A stretch of DNA of 62,660 nucleotides from Bacillota bacterium (GCA_036788815.1 DAIQMS010000004.1:1-62660); one strand, 5' to 3'. Numbered from the stretch's first letter, positions 35,822 through 47,898 are shown. Notes: generated by a model from the sequence alone, not told the origin. Numbers and translations are program-made.

Positions 35822-37018
35822 GTGGAAACAATTTATCAAGGCGACGAAGAAGGATGTGGGTTAGCCTCCCTCCGGATGCTCCTCATTCTCGTCTCTCACG
35901 AGGCGAATTACCGCTATCTGACCCTCGAGGGTCATCCTCCTTATTCTTTAGAGGAACTCACTCGAGCGGCGGCCAAAGAGGGGCTTGGACTCAAGTTCAA
36001 ACGGGTCCAAAGCAAAGAGGACCTTGTCCATAACACCTCTTGGCCGATTCTCCTCCTCTACGGGAAGGAAGAGGACTCCCATTGCCTCGTGGCCGTCAAA
36101 AAGCGGGGGAGCAAGATTCTCATCGATGACCCTTCCGAAGGGAAAAGGTGGGAGTCCATTCCCGCGATTGAACGCCGATGGAACGGGATCTATGGCGAAG
36201 TCGTCTCCTATTTCGCGACCCGCTGCCCCTATAAGAAAAAGCGGGTCCCTCTCCCGGCGGGAATCGTCTTGGCCTCCTTTTTCGAGATTCTCTCGGAAGC
36301 GGCGCTGTACTTTGGCTTTTATAACGTCCAAAAGGATGCCGATTATCTTTATTCGGTCATTTTCTTCGCCCTCTTTGGCCTCTTTTCGATCATCAAGCGC
36401 TCGTTCGCGGTCTGGGGGATGAAAGCCTTCGACAAAGGCCACCTCGAATCGATCTATGATCCCGATCCCCATCGCTTAAGGAGTAACTACGAGCATTATT
36501 ACCGTTATAAGGCTCTCCTTTTCGGGGGTTGGATCGAATTCCTTTCCGCCCTTTTCTTCAGTTCCGCCCTCTTGGCCCTCGTGGGCTTCAATAGCCCGTA
36601 TTTCCTGGCTTCGGCCGGCGGATTTCTGATCTACGCCCTCTTCGAGGCCCTTTATTGGCGGAAGAATCTTCAAAAGGAGAAAAGCGCCCTCGAAAACGAC
36701 GAGAAAACGCTTTTTCTGTCGAAAGAGAGCGCCGATGAGAAGAAACGGAGCATCCTTTCGCTCAGTCAGAAGGCGTACCGGCTCGGGGATTACGTCTCCT
36801 ATTCCCAGGCGGTCCGCTTCGTCCTTTCCTTGGCCCTGGCCCTGATTCCGATGCTGGCTTCTCAGGCGATTTCCCTAAACTATTTCCTCTTTCACTTTTT
36901 CGCTCTCCTTGCAATCGGGGATGGCTTCGAAAAAGTGGTCTCTTTCTTCATGAAAGGACGGGAGAGAAGCCAGGAATTTGACTATTTCCTGGAATATTTC
37001 CTCAAAGAGGGCGAATAG
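35822..37018 (+). CDS. C39 cysteine peptidase domain + multi-pass membrane domain, no ATPase domain
   Basis: YQGDEEGCGLASL (Q...C), SHCLV (H), IDDPSEG (D), followed by several hydrophobic segments. No Walker A/B or LSGGQ. GTG start without SD. Confidence 0.8.
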   Translation: METIYQGDEEGCGLASLRMLLILVSHEANYRYLTLEGHPPYSLEELTRAAAKEGLGLKFKRVQSKEDLVHNTSWPILLLYGKEEDSHCLVAVKKRGSKILIDDPSEGKRWESIPAIERRWNGIYGEVVSYFATRCPYKKKRVPLPAGIVLASFFEILSEAALYFGFYNVQKDADYLYSVIFFALFGLFSIIKRSFAVWGMKAFDKGHLESIYDPDPHRLRSNYEHYYRYKALLFGGWIEFLSALFFSSALLALVGFNSPYFLASAGGFLIYALFEALYWRKNLQKEKSALENDEKTLFLSKESADEKKRSILSLSQKAYRLGDYVSYSQAVRFVLSLALALIPMLASQAISLNYFLFHFFALLAIGDGFEKVVSFFMKGRERSQEFDYFLEYFLKEGE

Positions 37019-37059
37019 GGATAACAAAAGGAGGCACAATGTGCTAATCTACTTACGCG

Positions 37060-37518
37060 ATGGAAGTTTGCTTTACCTCCCCCTTCGGGGCGGACTACGA
37101 TTACCTGGAAAGCCGTTACCGCCAGCTGGCGGAAGTGGCATTCTCTTATTTAAAAATCACCACGAACTACGAAGTCGATGTGTCGCTCGTGGACGACGAT
37201 ACGATTCATACGATCAATCGCGACTACCGCCATGTTGACAAAGTGACGGATGTCATCTCCTTCGCCTTCAACGACGACAAGGACCCTCATGACCAAATCA
37301 ACGATCCCTCCTTCGAGCGGATGCTCGGCGAGATTCTCATTTGTTTGCCCCAAGCCCAGCGCCAGGCTAAGGCGATCGGAAATTCCGAACGACGCGAACT
37401 AAGCTTCTTATTTGTGCACGGGCTCTTGCATTTGCTGGGGTACGACCACATGAAAAAGGAAGATGAGGAGGTCATGTTCCCCCTTCAGGACATCATCCTG
37501 GAGAAAGCGGGAGCGTAA
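37060..37518 (+). CDS. ybeY: rRNA maturation endoribonuclease YbeY
   Basis: NRDYRHVDKVTDVISF, FVHGLLHLLGYDH. Confidence 0.96.
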   Translation: MEVCFTSPFGADYDYLESRYRQLAEVAFSYLKITTNYEVDVSLVDDDTIHTINRDYRHVDKVTDVISFAFNDDKDPHDQINDPSFERMLGEILICLPQAQRQAKAIGNSERRELSFLFVHGLLHLLGYDHMKKEDEEVMFPLQDIILEKAGA

Positions 37519-37525
37519 AAACAGT

Positions 37526-37924
37526 ATGGATGAAAGCCAGTTGATCGATTGCGCGAAAGAAGCCCGCGAGCTCTCTTATTCGCCTTATTCGCATTTTGCG
37601 GTCGGGGCAGCCCTTGTCTGCACCGATGGTTCCGTTTACGTTGGCGCCAATGTCGAAAATTCGTCCTATCCGCTCTCGATGTGCGCGGAGCGCAATGCCG
37701 TTTATAACGCGATGATGGATGGGAAAACCACCGATGATTTCGTCGCTTTGGCGATCATCGCGGATACCGATGGACCTTGCTCGCCCTGCGGCGCGTGCCG
37801 TCAGGTCTTAAGCGAGCTTTTCCCTTCGGATGCCCCGATTTATCTCACGAACCTCAAAGGCGATGTGAAAACGACGAACGTCAAGGAGCTTTTGCCCTTC
37901 GCCTTTACCGGTGACGATTTATGA
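37526..37924 (+). CDS. cdd: Cytidine deaminase (homotetrameric type)
   Basis: SYSPYSHFAVGAAL, GANVENSSY, CAER, PCGACRQ. Confidence 0.96.
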   Translation: MDESQLIDCAKEARELSYSPYSHFAVGAALVCTDGSVYVGANVENSSYPLSMCAERNAVYNAMMDGKTTDDFVALAIIADTDGPCSPCGACRQVLSELFPSDAPIYLTNLKGDVKTTNVKELLPFAFTGDDL

Positions 37925-38817
37925 AGAGCGGATTTTGCGCGATCGTAGGGCGCCCGAATGTCGGGAAGAGCACCTTGCTCAACGCCCTTCTTTCCAAGAA
38001 AGTCTCGATCGTCTCGCCTAAACCGCAGACGACCCGTGACCAGATCATCGGGATCTATAACGAAAAGGATCTCCAGATCGTTTTCATCGACACCCCGGGG
38101 CTTTTCGAAAGCGAAGAGGCCCTCGATAAGGCGATGAACAAAGCCGCCCGCGGCTCGCTCGCGGACATTGATTGCCTTCTCTATTTGATCGATGCCTCCG
38201 AAGAAACGTATGATGACGATGACAAAGTCTTATCGACGATCCATTCCGATAAGCCTTGGATCCTCACTTTCAACAAGATCGATTTGGCGGATGCCGCGAT
38301 GATGGAAAAGATCACCGCCCATTTCAAGACCCTTTATCCGAAGGCGGAGCAGCTTCAGCTTTCCGCCCTCACCAACTTCGGCCTCAAAGACGTGAAAGAT
38401 ACGGTGGCGAGCCATCTTAAGGAAGGCCCCCAATACTATCCGGAAGGCGAAGTGAGCGACAAAGACCATGCGTTCATGGCCAAAGAGATCGTCCGCCAAG
38501 AGTTACTGCATTTCCTCAAACAAGAAGTTCCTCATCAATCGGCTGTTTACATTTCTTCCTTCAAGGAAGACAAGGAGACGGCGAAGATCTCCGGCGTGAT
38601 CTATGTCGAAAAAGAAACCCAGAAGGGAATCGTGATCGGACACGGAGGCGAAATGATCAAGAAGATTTCCATGTCCGCCCGCCACGAATTGGAGCGGATG
38701 TGGCAAAAGCACGTGATTCTCGTTTTGGAAGTCGACTATTCCGCCAACTGGCGGAATGACGTCGCCAAACTCAAGAAACTCGGCTATGGAGCAAAGAATG
38801 ACGAGGACTCTGACTGA
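37921..38817 (+). CDS. era: GTPase Era
   Basis: GRPNVGKSTL, PQTTRD, DTPG, NKID, KH domain GIVIG. Confidence 0.97.
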   Translation: MKSGFCAIVGRPNVGKSTLLNALLSKKVSIVSPKPQTTRDQIIGIYNEKDLQIVFIDTPGLFESEEALDKAMNKAARGSLADIDCLLYLIDASEETYDDDDKVLSTIHSDKPWILTFNKIDLADAAMMEKITAHFKTLYPKAEQLQLSALTNFGLKDVKDTVASHLKEGPQYYPEGEVSDKDHAFMAKEIVRQELLHFLKQEVPHQSAVYISSFKEDKETAKISGVIYVEKETQKGIVIGHGGEMIKKISMSARHELERMWQKHVILVLEVDYSANWRNDVAKLKKLGYGAKNDEDSD

Positions 38818-39526
38818 CGTCGAAGGCTACGTAATCCATTTATCAGCCTACAAAGATAATGATTCGATGGTGACGGTCTATTCTTCGGAAGGATCGGTCT
38901 CATTTTTGGCGCGGGGAATCCAAAAGACAACCTCCAAAAACGCGGGATCCTGCCAGCTTTTGTCCTATTCCCGTTTTTCGCTTGAGGTCGGCAAGAGCGG
39001 CGGCTATTCCCTCAAGGAAGGGATTTCGCTGAAGCCGATTGACGGCCGCGATAATCTCGAACGCCTGACCGCCTTCTCCTTTCTGGCGGAAATCAGTTCC
39101 AAGCTCATCCAGGAAGACGAGGTCAAGGAAGCCTATCCTTGGCTCAAAGGCAGTTTGGATGCCCTCGAAGGAAATGCCGATCCTTTCAGCGTTTCGCTGA
39201 TTTATTTCGCGCATTTGCTTGTGATCGGCGGATATGGCCTCGATGTCGATGAGTGCATCTATTGCCAGTCGAAGAGCAATATCAAAGGCGTCTCTTATAG
39301 CGATGGCGGCTTTGTTTGCGCGAACGAGATGGATGAAGGGGCGACCCCTTTGGACGCCCGGCATCTGAAGATCCTGCGCTACATTTTCCGCTGCGGCGTC
39401 GCCGATATCCGACGGGTGGCGTTCGCCAAAGAGGAATGCCAGGGATTCTTCCAGAGTCTATCGCAATATTTGGCCGATTTGACCGGGGTCGAACTCAAAA
39501 GCATCGATCTCCTCTTAAAGGCTTGA
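38798..39526 (+). CDS. recO: DNA repair protein RecO
   Basis: Position after era; YKDNDSMVTVY..EG, LARG, CIYC Zn site. Confidence 0.88.
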   Translation: MTRTLTDVEGYVIHLSAYKDNDSMVTVYSSEGSVSFLARGIQKTTSKNAGSCQLLSYSRFSLEVGKSGGYSLKEGISLKPIDGRDNLERLTAFSFLAEISSKLIQEDEVKEAYPWLKGSLDALEGNADPFSVSLIYFAHLLVIGGYGLDVDECIYCQSKSNIKGVSYSDGGFVCANEMDEGATPLDARHLKILRYIFRCGVADIRRVAFAKEECQGFFQSLSQYLADLTGVELKSIDLLLKA

Positions 39527-39548
39527 CAAAAAGTACCCTTAAAAGGGG

Positions 39549-39576
39549 TTGACATCAATTAAACCGAGGTTAAAAT
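39549..39576 (+). promoter_or_regulatory. SigA promoter of the glycyl-tRNA synthetase gene
   Basis: TTGACA-16 nt-TAAAAT. Confidence 0.7.
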
Positions 39577-39629
39577 AACCTTCGTCTTTCTCATAGAGAA
39601 AGAGTTTTTATACTCAAAGGAGCCTGACA

Positions 39630-41009
39630 ATGGCTAGTAAATTTGATTTTGAGAAGATCACGTCGCATTTGCAGTTGACCGGATACGTCTATCCGGGTTC
39701 CCAGATCTACGGGGGCCTCTCGAATAGCTGGGACTATGGTCCTTTGGGCGCCGAACTCAAGAAAAACATCCGTGCCGCCTGGTGGAAACGTTTCGTCCAG
39801 GAATCGCCGACCAACGTCGGACTCGATGCGGGCATTCTCATGAATCCGAAGGTTTGGGAAGCCACTGGCCACGTCTCGACCTTCAACGATCCGATGGTGG
39901 ATTGCAAGGCTTGCAAGAGCCGCCAAAGAGCCGATGATCTCATCAAAGCCCAATATCCGAATGAAGACGTCGACAATATGACGTTTGAGGATATGGACAA
40001 ATTCATGCAGACCCATAAGATGGTCTGCCCGGTTTGCGGCAAGAGCGATTTCACTCCGATCCGCAAATTCAACATGATGTTCAAGACCCATGTCGGCGTC
40101 ACCGAAGACGATTCGGCGGTGGTCTATCTCCGTCCGGAAACCGCCCAAGGCGTCTTTGTTAACTTCAAAAACGTTCAGCGTTCGACCCGAAAGAAGATCC
40201 CGTTTGGCATCTGCAATTCGGGCAAGAGCTTCCGCAACGAGATTACTCCGGGGAACTTCATCTTCCGGACGCGCGAATTCGAGCAGATGGAAATGGAATT
40301 CTTCTGCAAGCCGGGGACCGATTTGGATTGGTTCAAGTATTGGAAGGATTTCTGCCTTAAATTCGTCGAAAGTCTCGGCCCGAAGGCTGAAAACCTTCGT
40401 TTCCGTGACCATGAGCCGGCGGAACTTGCTTTCTACAGCAAGGCCACGACCGATGTCGAATACGATTTCCCGACGATTGGCTGGGGCGAGATCCTCGGCG
40501 TCGCCGATCGCACCGACTACGATCTCAAGCGCCATCAAGACTACAGCAAAGAAGATCTGACCTACTTCGATCCGGAGACCAACGAGAAATACCTCCCGTT
40601 CGTCATCGAACCGTCGATGGGGCTTGATCGCTTGATGCTCATGACGATGATCGATGCCTATGATGAAGAAGCGCTTGAAGGCGGCGATACCCGCGTGGTT
40701 ATGCACCTTCTTCCGAGCTTAGCTCCGTATAAAGTGGCGGTGCTTCCGCTCTCAAAGAAGCTTGAGGATAAAGCGAACGAAGTGCTCGCGATCCTCAATC
40801 AGCACTTTATGTGCACCAGCGATTCGACCGGCTCGATCGGCAAACGCTATCGGCGCCAAGACGAAATCGGCACCCCGTTCTGCGTGACGATCGACTTCGA
40901 CACCGCGAATGATCAGTCCGTGACCATTCGTGAGCGCGATTCGATGAAGCAAATCCGGCTTCCGATTACCGAGCTTGTCAATTACTTCACCGTGAAGTGC
41001 TTCTATTGA
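39630..41009 (+). CDS. glyQS: Glycine--tRNA ligase (alpha2 type)
   Basis: WDYGPLG, YLRPETAQG, FRNEITPGNFIFRTREFEQME, IEPSMGLDR, IGKRYRRQDEIGTP. Confidence 0.97.
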   Translation: MASKFDFEKITSHLQLTGYVYPGSQIYGGLSNSWDYGPLGAELKKNIRAAWWKRFVQESPTNVGLDAGILMNPKVWEATGHVSTFNDPMVDCKACKSRQRADDLIKAQYPNEDVDNMTFEDMDKFMQTHKMVCPVCGKSDFTPIRKFNMMFKTHVGVTEDDSAVVYLRPETAQGVFVNFKNVQRSTRKKIPFGICNSGKSFRNEITPGNFIFRTREFEQMEMEFFCKPGTDLDWFKYWKDFCLKFVESLGPKAENLRFRDHEPAELAFYSKATTDVEYDFPTIGWGEILGVADRTDYDLKRHQDYSKEDLTYFDPETNEKYLPFVIEPSMGLDRLMLMTMIDAYDEEALEGGDTRVVMHLLPSLAPYKVAVLPLSKKLEDKANEVLAILNQHFMCTSDSTGSIGKRYRRQDEIGTPFCVTIDFDTANDQSVTIRERDSMKQIRLPITELVNYFTVKCFY

Positions 41010-41080
41010 TTTAGTTTAGATTCAGTTGAATATTAGTCGATATTATATCTTTAGATATAAAAAGAAAGGAGAGTGGTGGC

Positions 41081-42904
41081 ATGTACGATCGCGACTTAAT
41101 CGATAAGATCCTCGCCAGCGCTGACATTGTCACCATCATCTCCGCTTATATCCCCGTCACGAAGAAAGGCCGAAGCTACGTTGCGCTCTGCCCGTTCCAC
41201 GACGACAAGAATCCCTCGCTCAACATCTCAAAGGAAAAGCAGATTTTCAAATGCTTTGTCTGTGGGACCGGCGGCAATGCGATCACTTTCGTCGAGAAAT
41301 ACGAGAAGATTTCTTTTGAAGAAGCCGTCCGCAAGGTGGCCGATCTCATCAATTTCCACGATGAGCGCTTGGAAAAGCAGGCATACCATGCCTATGTCAA
41401 CCCCGAGCTCACCCCGCTTTACGCCTGCATCAGCGATTTGGAGAAGTATTACCAATACGCCCTGTCGATCCCCGAAGGCAAACTCGCCTCGGATTACCTC
41501 GCCGGGCGTCATATTTCCCCCGATCAAATCTCGAAATACGGCCTTGGCTACGCCCCGATGGACGGCGCCAAGACGGTTCAATACCTCCAAGCCAAGGGCC
41601 ATTCGCTCAAGGCGATCGAGGATATCGGCATCGCCCTCGCCAAAAAAGAAGGCACAAGCGATTCGAACGCCGGGCGATTGATCTTCCCGCTTTTCGATGC
41701 GGATGGTCAGGTCGTCGGCTTTTCCGCGCGCAAGCTCAAAGAGGAGCAATCCCCAAAATACGTCAACTCGCCTGGCACAAGAATCTTCGATAAGGGCAAG
41801 CTTTTATTCAATTATCAAAATGCCAAGAACACCGCCCGCCACGATGGCTATGTCTACGTTCTCGAAGGCTTCATGGATGTGATGGCCCTCGACAAAGCCG
41901 GCATTCCTTCGGCGGTGGCGCTCATGGGAACCTCCCTCACCAACGAGCAGATCTCTTTGCTTCGAAAACTCAATTGCGAAGTCCGACTTTGCCTCGATGG
42001 CGACGCGCCAGGGCAGGCGGGCATGATGAAAATGATCACGCTATTGAACCGTTCCGGCATCGCCTTCCGCCTTGTTTCGAACCCGGGCGACCTCCGCGAT
42101 CCAGACGATATCTTGCAGGAATCGGGGCCCGATGCCCTCAAGACGAGCATGAACCATCTCGTCGATGCCTTCGACTTCCAAGTCGATTACTACACCAATG
42201 TCAAAAAGCTCGATTCCCCCGAGGAAAAGAAGAAGGTCATGATGTATTTCATCCCCTTCCTCAGGAACGTTCCGGCCGGGATCGATCGCGATAACTACAT
42301 CGTCAAACTCTCGAAGGCGACCGGCTACGAAATCCGGGCGATCCGCGAGCAGATCAATCTGGCGGTGCCTGAAGAGACGACCGGCGAAGAGACCACCTAC
42401 ATCGATCAAATCGAGTTCGAGCGGCTCCATCCGGAAAAGATCGTCCTAAAGCGGCTCGTGAAAGCCGAGCGAGAAGCCCTCTTCTATATGCTGGAAGACA
42501 TGGGGGCGGTCAAATACTTCGAAGATCACATCGACAATTTCTACTATCCGCTCTACCAAGACATCGCGAACTACGTGGTGGATTACGTGGAGAAGCGGAA
42601 GGAGCCCGTCGATGTGAAATCCCTCCTTGGGGACATCGCCTCCTCCGGGGTCGATAACGCCGATGAGCTCGAAGCCAAAATCTCCGAGATCGTCGAAGAC
42701 AGCTACCATCCGCCCTATAGTGAGAAGACCATCGGCGATTGCGCCCTGGCCATCAAAGAAGAGAAAGACCGCGCCTATGACCGCGAGAGCACTGAGAAAG
42801 CCCTCGAAGGCAAAAGTGAGGCCGAGAAGACGAAGATCATCCAAGCTTATAGCAAACGTCAGGCCGAGAGGTTAAGGGCCCGGTCCAAGAAAAACAGCGC
42901 TTGA
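41081..42904 (+). CDS. dnaG: DNA primase
   Basis: [10 protein letters not shown]...CFVC Zn finger, PKYVNSP, TOPRIM EGFMDV, DGDAPG, DPDD. Confidence 0.97.
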   Translation: MYDRDLIDKILASADIVTIISAYIPVTKKGRSYVALCPFHDDKNPSLNISKEKQIFKCFVCGTGGNAITFVEKYEKISFEEAVRKVADLINFHDERLEKQAYHAYVNPELTPLYACISDLEKYYQYALSIPEGKLASDYLAGRHISPDQISKYGLGYAPMDGAKTVQYLQAKGHSLKAIEDIGIALAKKEGTSDSNAGRLIFPLFDADGQVVGFSARKLKEEQSPKYVNSPGTRIFDKGKLLFNYQNAKNTARHDGYVYVLEGFMDVMALDKAGIPSAVALMGTSLTNEQISLLRKLNCEVRLCLDGDAPGQAGMMKMITLLNRSGIAFRLVSNPGDLRDPDDILQESGPDALKTSMNHLVDAFDFQVDYYTNVKKLDSPEEKKKVMMYFIPFLRNVPAGIDRDNYIVKLSKATGYEIRAIREQINLAVPEETTGEETTYIDQIEFERLHPEKIVLKRLVKAEREALFYMLEDMGAVKYFEDHIDNFYYPLYQDIANYVVDYVEKRKEPVDVKSLLGDIASSGVDNADELEAKISEIVEDSYHPPYSEKTIGDCALAIKEEKDRAYDRESTEKALEGKSEAEKTKIIQAYSKRQAERLRARSKKNSA

Positions 42905-42929
42905 GCGCTTAATGAGAAGGAACAGAGTT

Positions 42930-44524
<1,595 letters not shown>

Positions 44525-44525
<1 letters not shown>

Positions 44526-45541
44526 TGAAGAAAAAAGCAACAGGGCTCGAAGCGGCCGAGGCCTTCTTCCTTGAGCAAGCTCAGGGAAAAGGCTCGATCG
44601 ATCAGAACTTTTTGCTCGATGAAGCCGATGACTTTCTTTTAAGCGAGGAGGAATTCGAGAAACTCAGCGATTTCCTTTCGGCCCACAAGATCGCCATCCG
44701 CGACGACGAACTGATTCCAAACGAGAAGCCGCTTCAGGTTTCTTCGAGCGATCCGTTCCGTCTTTATCTTTCGCAAATGGGCCAATTCCCGCTTCTCTCC
44801 AAGGATCAGGAAATCGAGCTCGCCAAGAAAATCGCTCAAGGGGACCTCGAAGCAAAGAACGCTTTGATCAATAGCAACCTCCGGCTCGTCGTTTCGATTG
44901 CCAAGCATTATGCCAATAGCGGCGTTCCGATCCAGGACTTGATCCAGGAGGGGAACATCGGTTTGGCTCATGCGGCCGAAAAGTTTGACTACACCAAAGG
45001 TTTTAAGTTTTCGACTTACGCGACGTGGTGGATCAAGCAAGCCATCACCCGGGCGATCGCCGATCAATCCCGCAACATCCGGATTCCGGTCCATGTCGCC
45101 GAGACTTTGACCAAGATCAACCGCTCCCGCCACGAATTGGCGCAGAGTTTGGGCCGGGAAGCCACCGACGAAGAAGTGGCGGCCGCGCTCAAGATGCCGA
45201 TCGAAGACGTCCGTTATTATGCTTCTTTGCCGCTCAGCACGACCTCTTTAGACGCCCCGGTCGGGGATGACGAAGGGGACGAGATGAGTAATTTCGTCGC
45301 CGATCCGAGCGAGAACGATACCGATACGATCGACGTCGAGGACGATTTGGGGCTGATCTCCAAAGGAATGTCTTCTCTCAATGAGCGGGAGCGGAACATC
45401 ATCGTTCAGCTTTTTGGCCTCACCGACGGGGAGAGCAAATCCCTCGAAGAGGTCGGGGCCCAATACGGGCTCTCGCGCGAAAGAATCCGCCAAATCCGCG
45501 ATGGCGCCTTAGCGAAAATGCGGAAGGAACTCAAAAAATGA
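44525..45541 (+). CDS. Second RpoD-like (group 1/2) sigma-70 factor
   Basis: [79 protein letters not shown]; TGATG overlap with rpoD. Confidence 0.93.
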
Positions 45542-46215
45542 CGCTGTCGAAGAGGCTTTTAGCCGTGGCTGAGATGATCCCAGGAGGCGCGAAGATCGCC
45601 GACGTCGGGAGCGATCATGCCCAGCTGCCTCTTTTTCTTTTGGAACAGAAGCGGATTCAAAGCGCTGAGGCAATCGAGAATAAGCCCGGCCCTTACGCCC
45701 GAATGGCCAAAGCCGTTCGCTCCTCGGAATTTTCAGAACAAGTTTTGCTCTCTTTAAGCGACGGCATCTCTTCTTTAGCGGAAGAGGTGGATACGGTTGT
45801 CTTGGCGGGAATGGGCGGTCGCTTGATCCTGAGGATTATAAAGGACCATCCGGAAAAACTCGCTCAGGTCAAAACCATTGTGGTGGACGCCCATAACGAA
45901 AGACCTTTATTGATCGCCGAAATGGGGGCGCTTTCCTACCGTCTTGTCCAAGCGAAATTCTTTTATGACGAGGGTATCGCCTACGATGTGATGCGGTTCG
46001 ATAAAAATCCAGGTCCGATCGTCTATTCTTCGGAGGAATGCCTCTTTGGTCCGACTCATCTAAAAGAGGACCCTGGCCCGGATTTCCGCACCTATTGGTC
46101 GAAGGAAGAAAGCCGTTATGGGGACCTATTGAAGAATGAGCAGCTTTCGCCCAAAGCCCGTAACGACTACGAAACGCTGGTGAAAGCCATCCAGGAGGTT
46201 CTCCATGAACACTAG
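45538..46215 (+). CDS. trmK: tRNA m1A22 methyltransferase
   Basis: LSKRL, ADVGSDHAQLP, DGI, LAGMGG. Confidence 0.93.
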   Translation: MTLSKRLLAVAEMIPGGAKIADVGSDHAQLPLFLLEQKRIQSAEAIENKPGPYARMAKAVRSSEFSEQVLLSLSDGISSLAEEVDTVVLAGMGGRLILRIIKDHPEKLAQVKTIVVDAHNERPLLIAEMGALSYRLVQAKFFYDEGIAYDVMRFDKNPGPIVYSSEECLFGPTHLKEDPGPDFRTYWSKEESRYGDLLKNEQLSPKARNDYETLVKAIQEVLHEH

Positions 46216-46969
46216 ATCATTGCTCCGTTCTTTGGCGGTATATTATCCCCAAAGACTGCGGGAATCCTACGACCACGGCGGTTTGATGGTCGGAAAGCTT
46301 CCTCTTGAGACAAAGAAGATCTTCCTTTGCCTTGATTTCGACGATGAAGTCTATCCTTTGGCCCTCAAAGAGAAGCCGGATCTCATCCTAACCCACCATC
46401 CGTTTTTCTTCGGGAGCCGGAATAAGATCCTGAAGGAGGATCCCGTCAAAGCCGCACTTTATGAGAAGATGCTCCAAGCGGGCATGACCCTTTGCTCGTA
46501 CCACACGAATTTCGATTCCGGGAATCCCGGAATGAACGACGAATTGGCCGAAAAGCTCGGTTTGATCGATCCTAAACCTTTACTGGAAGCTCCGATGGCA
46601 CGGGGCGGAAGACTGCCTGAGCCGATGGAAATCCACGCTTTTGCGCGCTTCGCGAAAAGCAAATTAGGCGTTGATTATGGCCTTCTTATCGCAGCAGGGA
46701 AGCAAGAGATTACGACGGTCGCGCTCATTGGCGGCGGGGGATGGATGGAAAACGAGATCGCTCAGAAGGAAGGCTACGATATTTACCTCTCCGGCGACTG
46801 TCCGCATCATGGAAGACGGGAAATAGTACTTCGCAATTACAATTATCTTGATCTTCCTCATGAAATCGAAAAAGCGTTTATGACTAGAATGACTAAAACA
46901 TTACTAACTATTAACCAATCCTTAGTCATTTCATCCGTTGATCACGAAAAACTTCCGGAAGTGATTTAA
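46205..46969 (+). CDS. Nif3-like dinuclear metal-centre protein (YqfO/YbgI)
   Basis: LILTHHPFF, YHTNFD, YLSGD, HEIE. Confidence 0.9.
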   Translation: MNTRSLLRSLAVYYPQRLRESYDHGGLMVGKLPLETKKIFLCLDFDDEVYPLALKEKPDLILTHHPFFFGSRNKILKEDPVKAALYEKMLQAGMTLCSYHTNFDSGNPGMNDELAEKLGLIDPKPLLEAPMARGGRLPEPMEIHAFARFAKSKLGVDYGLLIAAGKQEITTVALIGGGGWMENEIAQKEGYDIYLSGDCPHHGRREIVLRNYNYLDLPHEIEKAFMTRMTKTLLTINQSLVISSVDHEKLPEVI

Positions 46970-47844
46970 AGAGTCTTTAGATAGGCTTCAACCTCGGAAA
47001 ATACCAGGGGCGAAGTCGAAGCACCGCTCGCAAGGGCGGCTTTCTTTTTGCCCGTAAGATCGTGCGATTGGAGATCGGCTAAATCCAAAACCCGGAGCAC
47101 CGGAACTTTGGGGTAGGCTTTCTTTGCGACGGCTTCAAGCTTCAAAGTGTTGTTGCTGCGGCTTGAGCCCAAAATGATATAAACATCGATGTCTTCAGGG
47201 GCGGTAAGGATCGCCGTCTGGCGGCGCTGAGTGGCCGAGCAGCGTTCGGCTTGGAAGCGGGCCGACGGATAGATGCGGCGGATGCTTTCTTGAGCGGACG
47301 CGATATCATCGAGGTCCATGGTCGTCTGGGCAAGGACAAGTGGCGAGGAAGATTCGATGCTTTGCCAGGAATCATCCTCAGGATGCTCGCTGTCGAAGAG
47401 ATGGACGCGCGCGGAATCGATTCCCAAAGTCGCGATCGCTTCGGCGTGTTTCTTACGGCCGATATAAATGACGTCGTTCCCGATTTGGGTCTCCCGGGAA
47501 ATGACAAAAGCGTTATCCTTCACGAAATGGCAGGTGGCATCGTAAGTAATGAGGTGACGGTCCTCAGCCATCCGATCTAATCTCGGCGCGTGGCCGTGGG
47601 CGGCGAAAACAACGACGCTCCGCTCGGGGATTTCCGCGATCCATTCTTCGAGGCTTTTCGTTTGCTCATCGCAAAAAAGAAACCCCTCTTTTTCTAAACG
47701 CCCGATGACGTCTTCGTTGTGGACCAAAAGGCCTAAAACATAGATGGGGCCTATCGGATGCTCCTTTCGGGCTTCCTTGGCTTTAAGCAAGGCCGAAACA
47801 ACGCCCTCGCAAAAACCATGCGGTTCGATCGATATAACTTCCAT
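46966..47844 (-). CDS. ispH: HMBPP reductase IspH
   Basis: GFCEGV, LVHN, AHG, DATCHFV, CSATQRRQ, SGASTSP. Confidence 0.93.
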   Translation of the reverse strand: MEVISIEPHGFCEGVVSALLKAKEARKEHPIGPIYVLGLLVHNEDVIGRLEKEGFLFCDEQTKSLEEWIAEIPERSVVVFAAHGHAPRLDRMAEDRHLITYDATCHFVKDNAFVISRETQIGNDVIYIGRKKHAEAIATLGIDSARVHLFDSEHPEDDSWQSIESSSPLVLAQTTMDLDDIASAQESIRRIYPSARFQAERCSATQRRQTAILTAPEDIDVYIILGSSRSNNTLKLEAVAKKAYPKVPVLRVLDLADLQSHDLTGKKKAALASGASTSPLVFSEVEAYLKTL

Positions 47845-47898
47845 GGCTCTATTATCGCCAGTGATGAATAAAATTGCAATTTCCTCTATAATGTCGGC

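Noticed and set aside
40984-40998. Palindrome ACTTCAC-C-GTGAAGT at the 3' end of glyQS
   Set aside because: It lies within coding sequence, has a 1-nt loop and no T-tract, and I saw no second copy.
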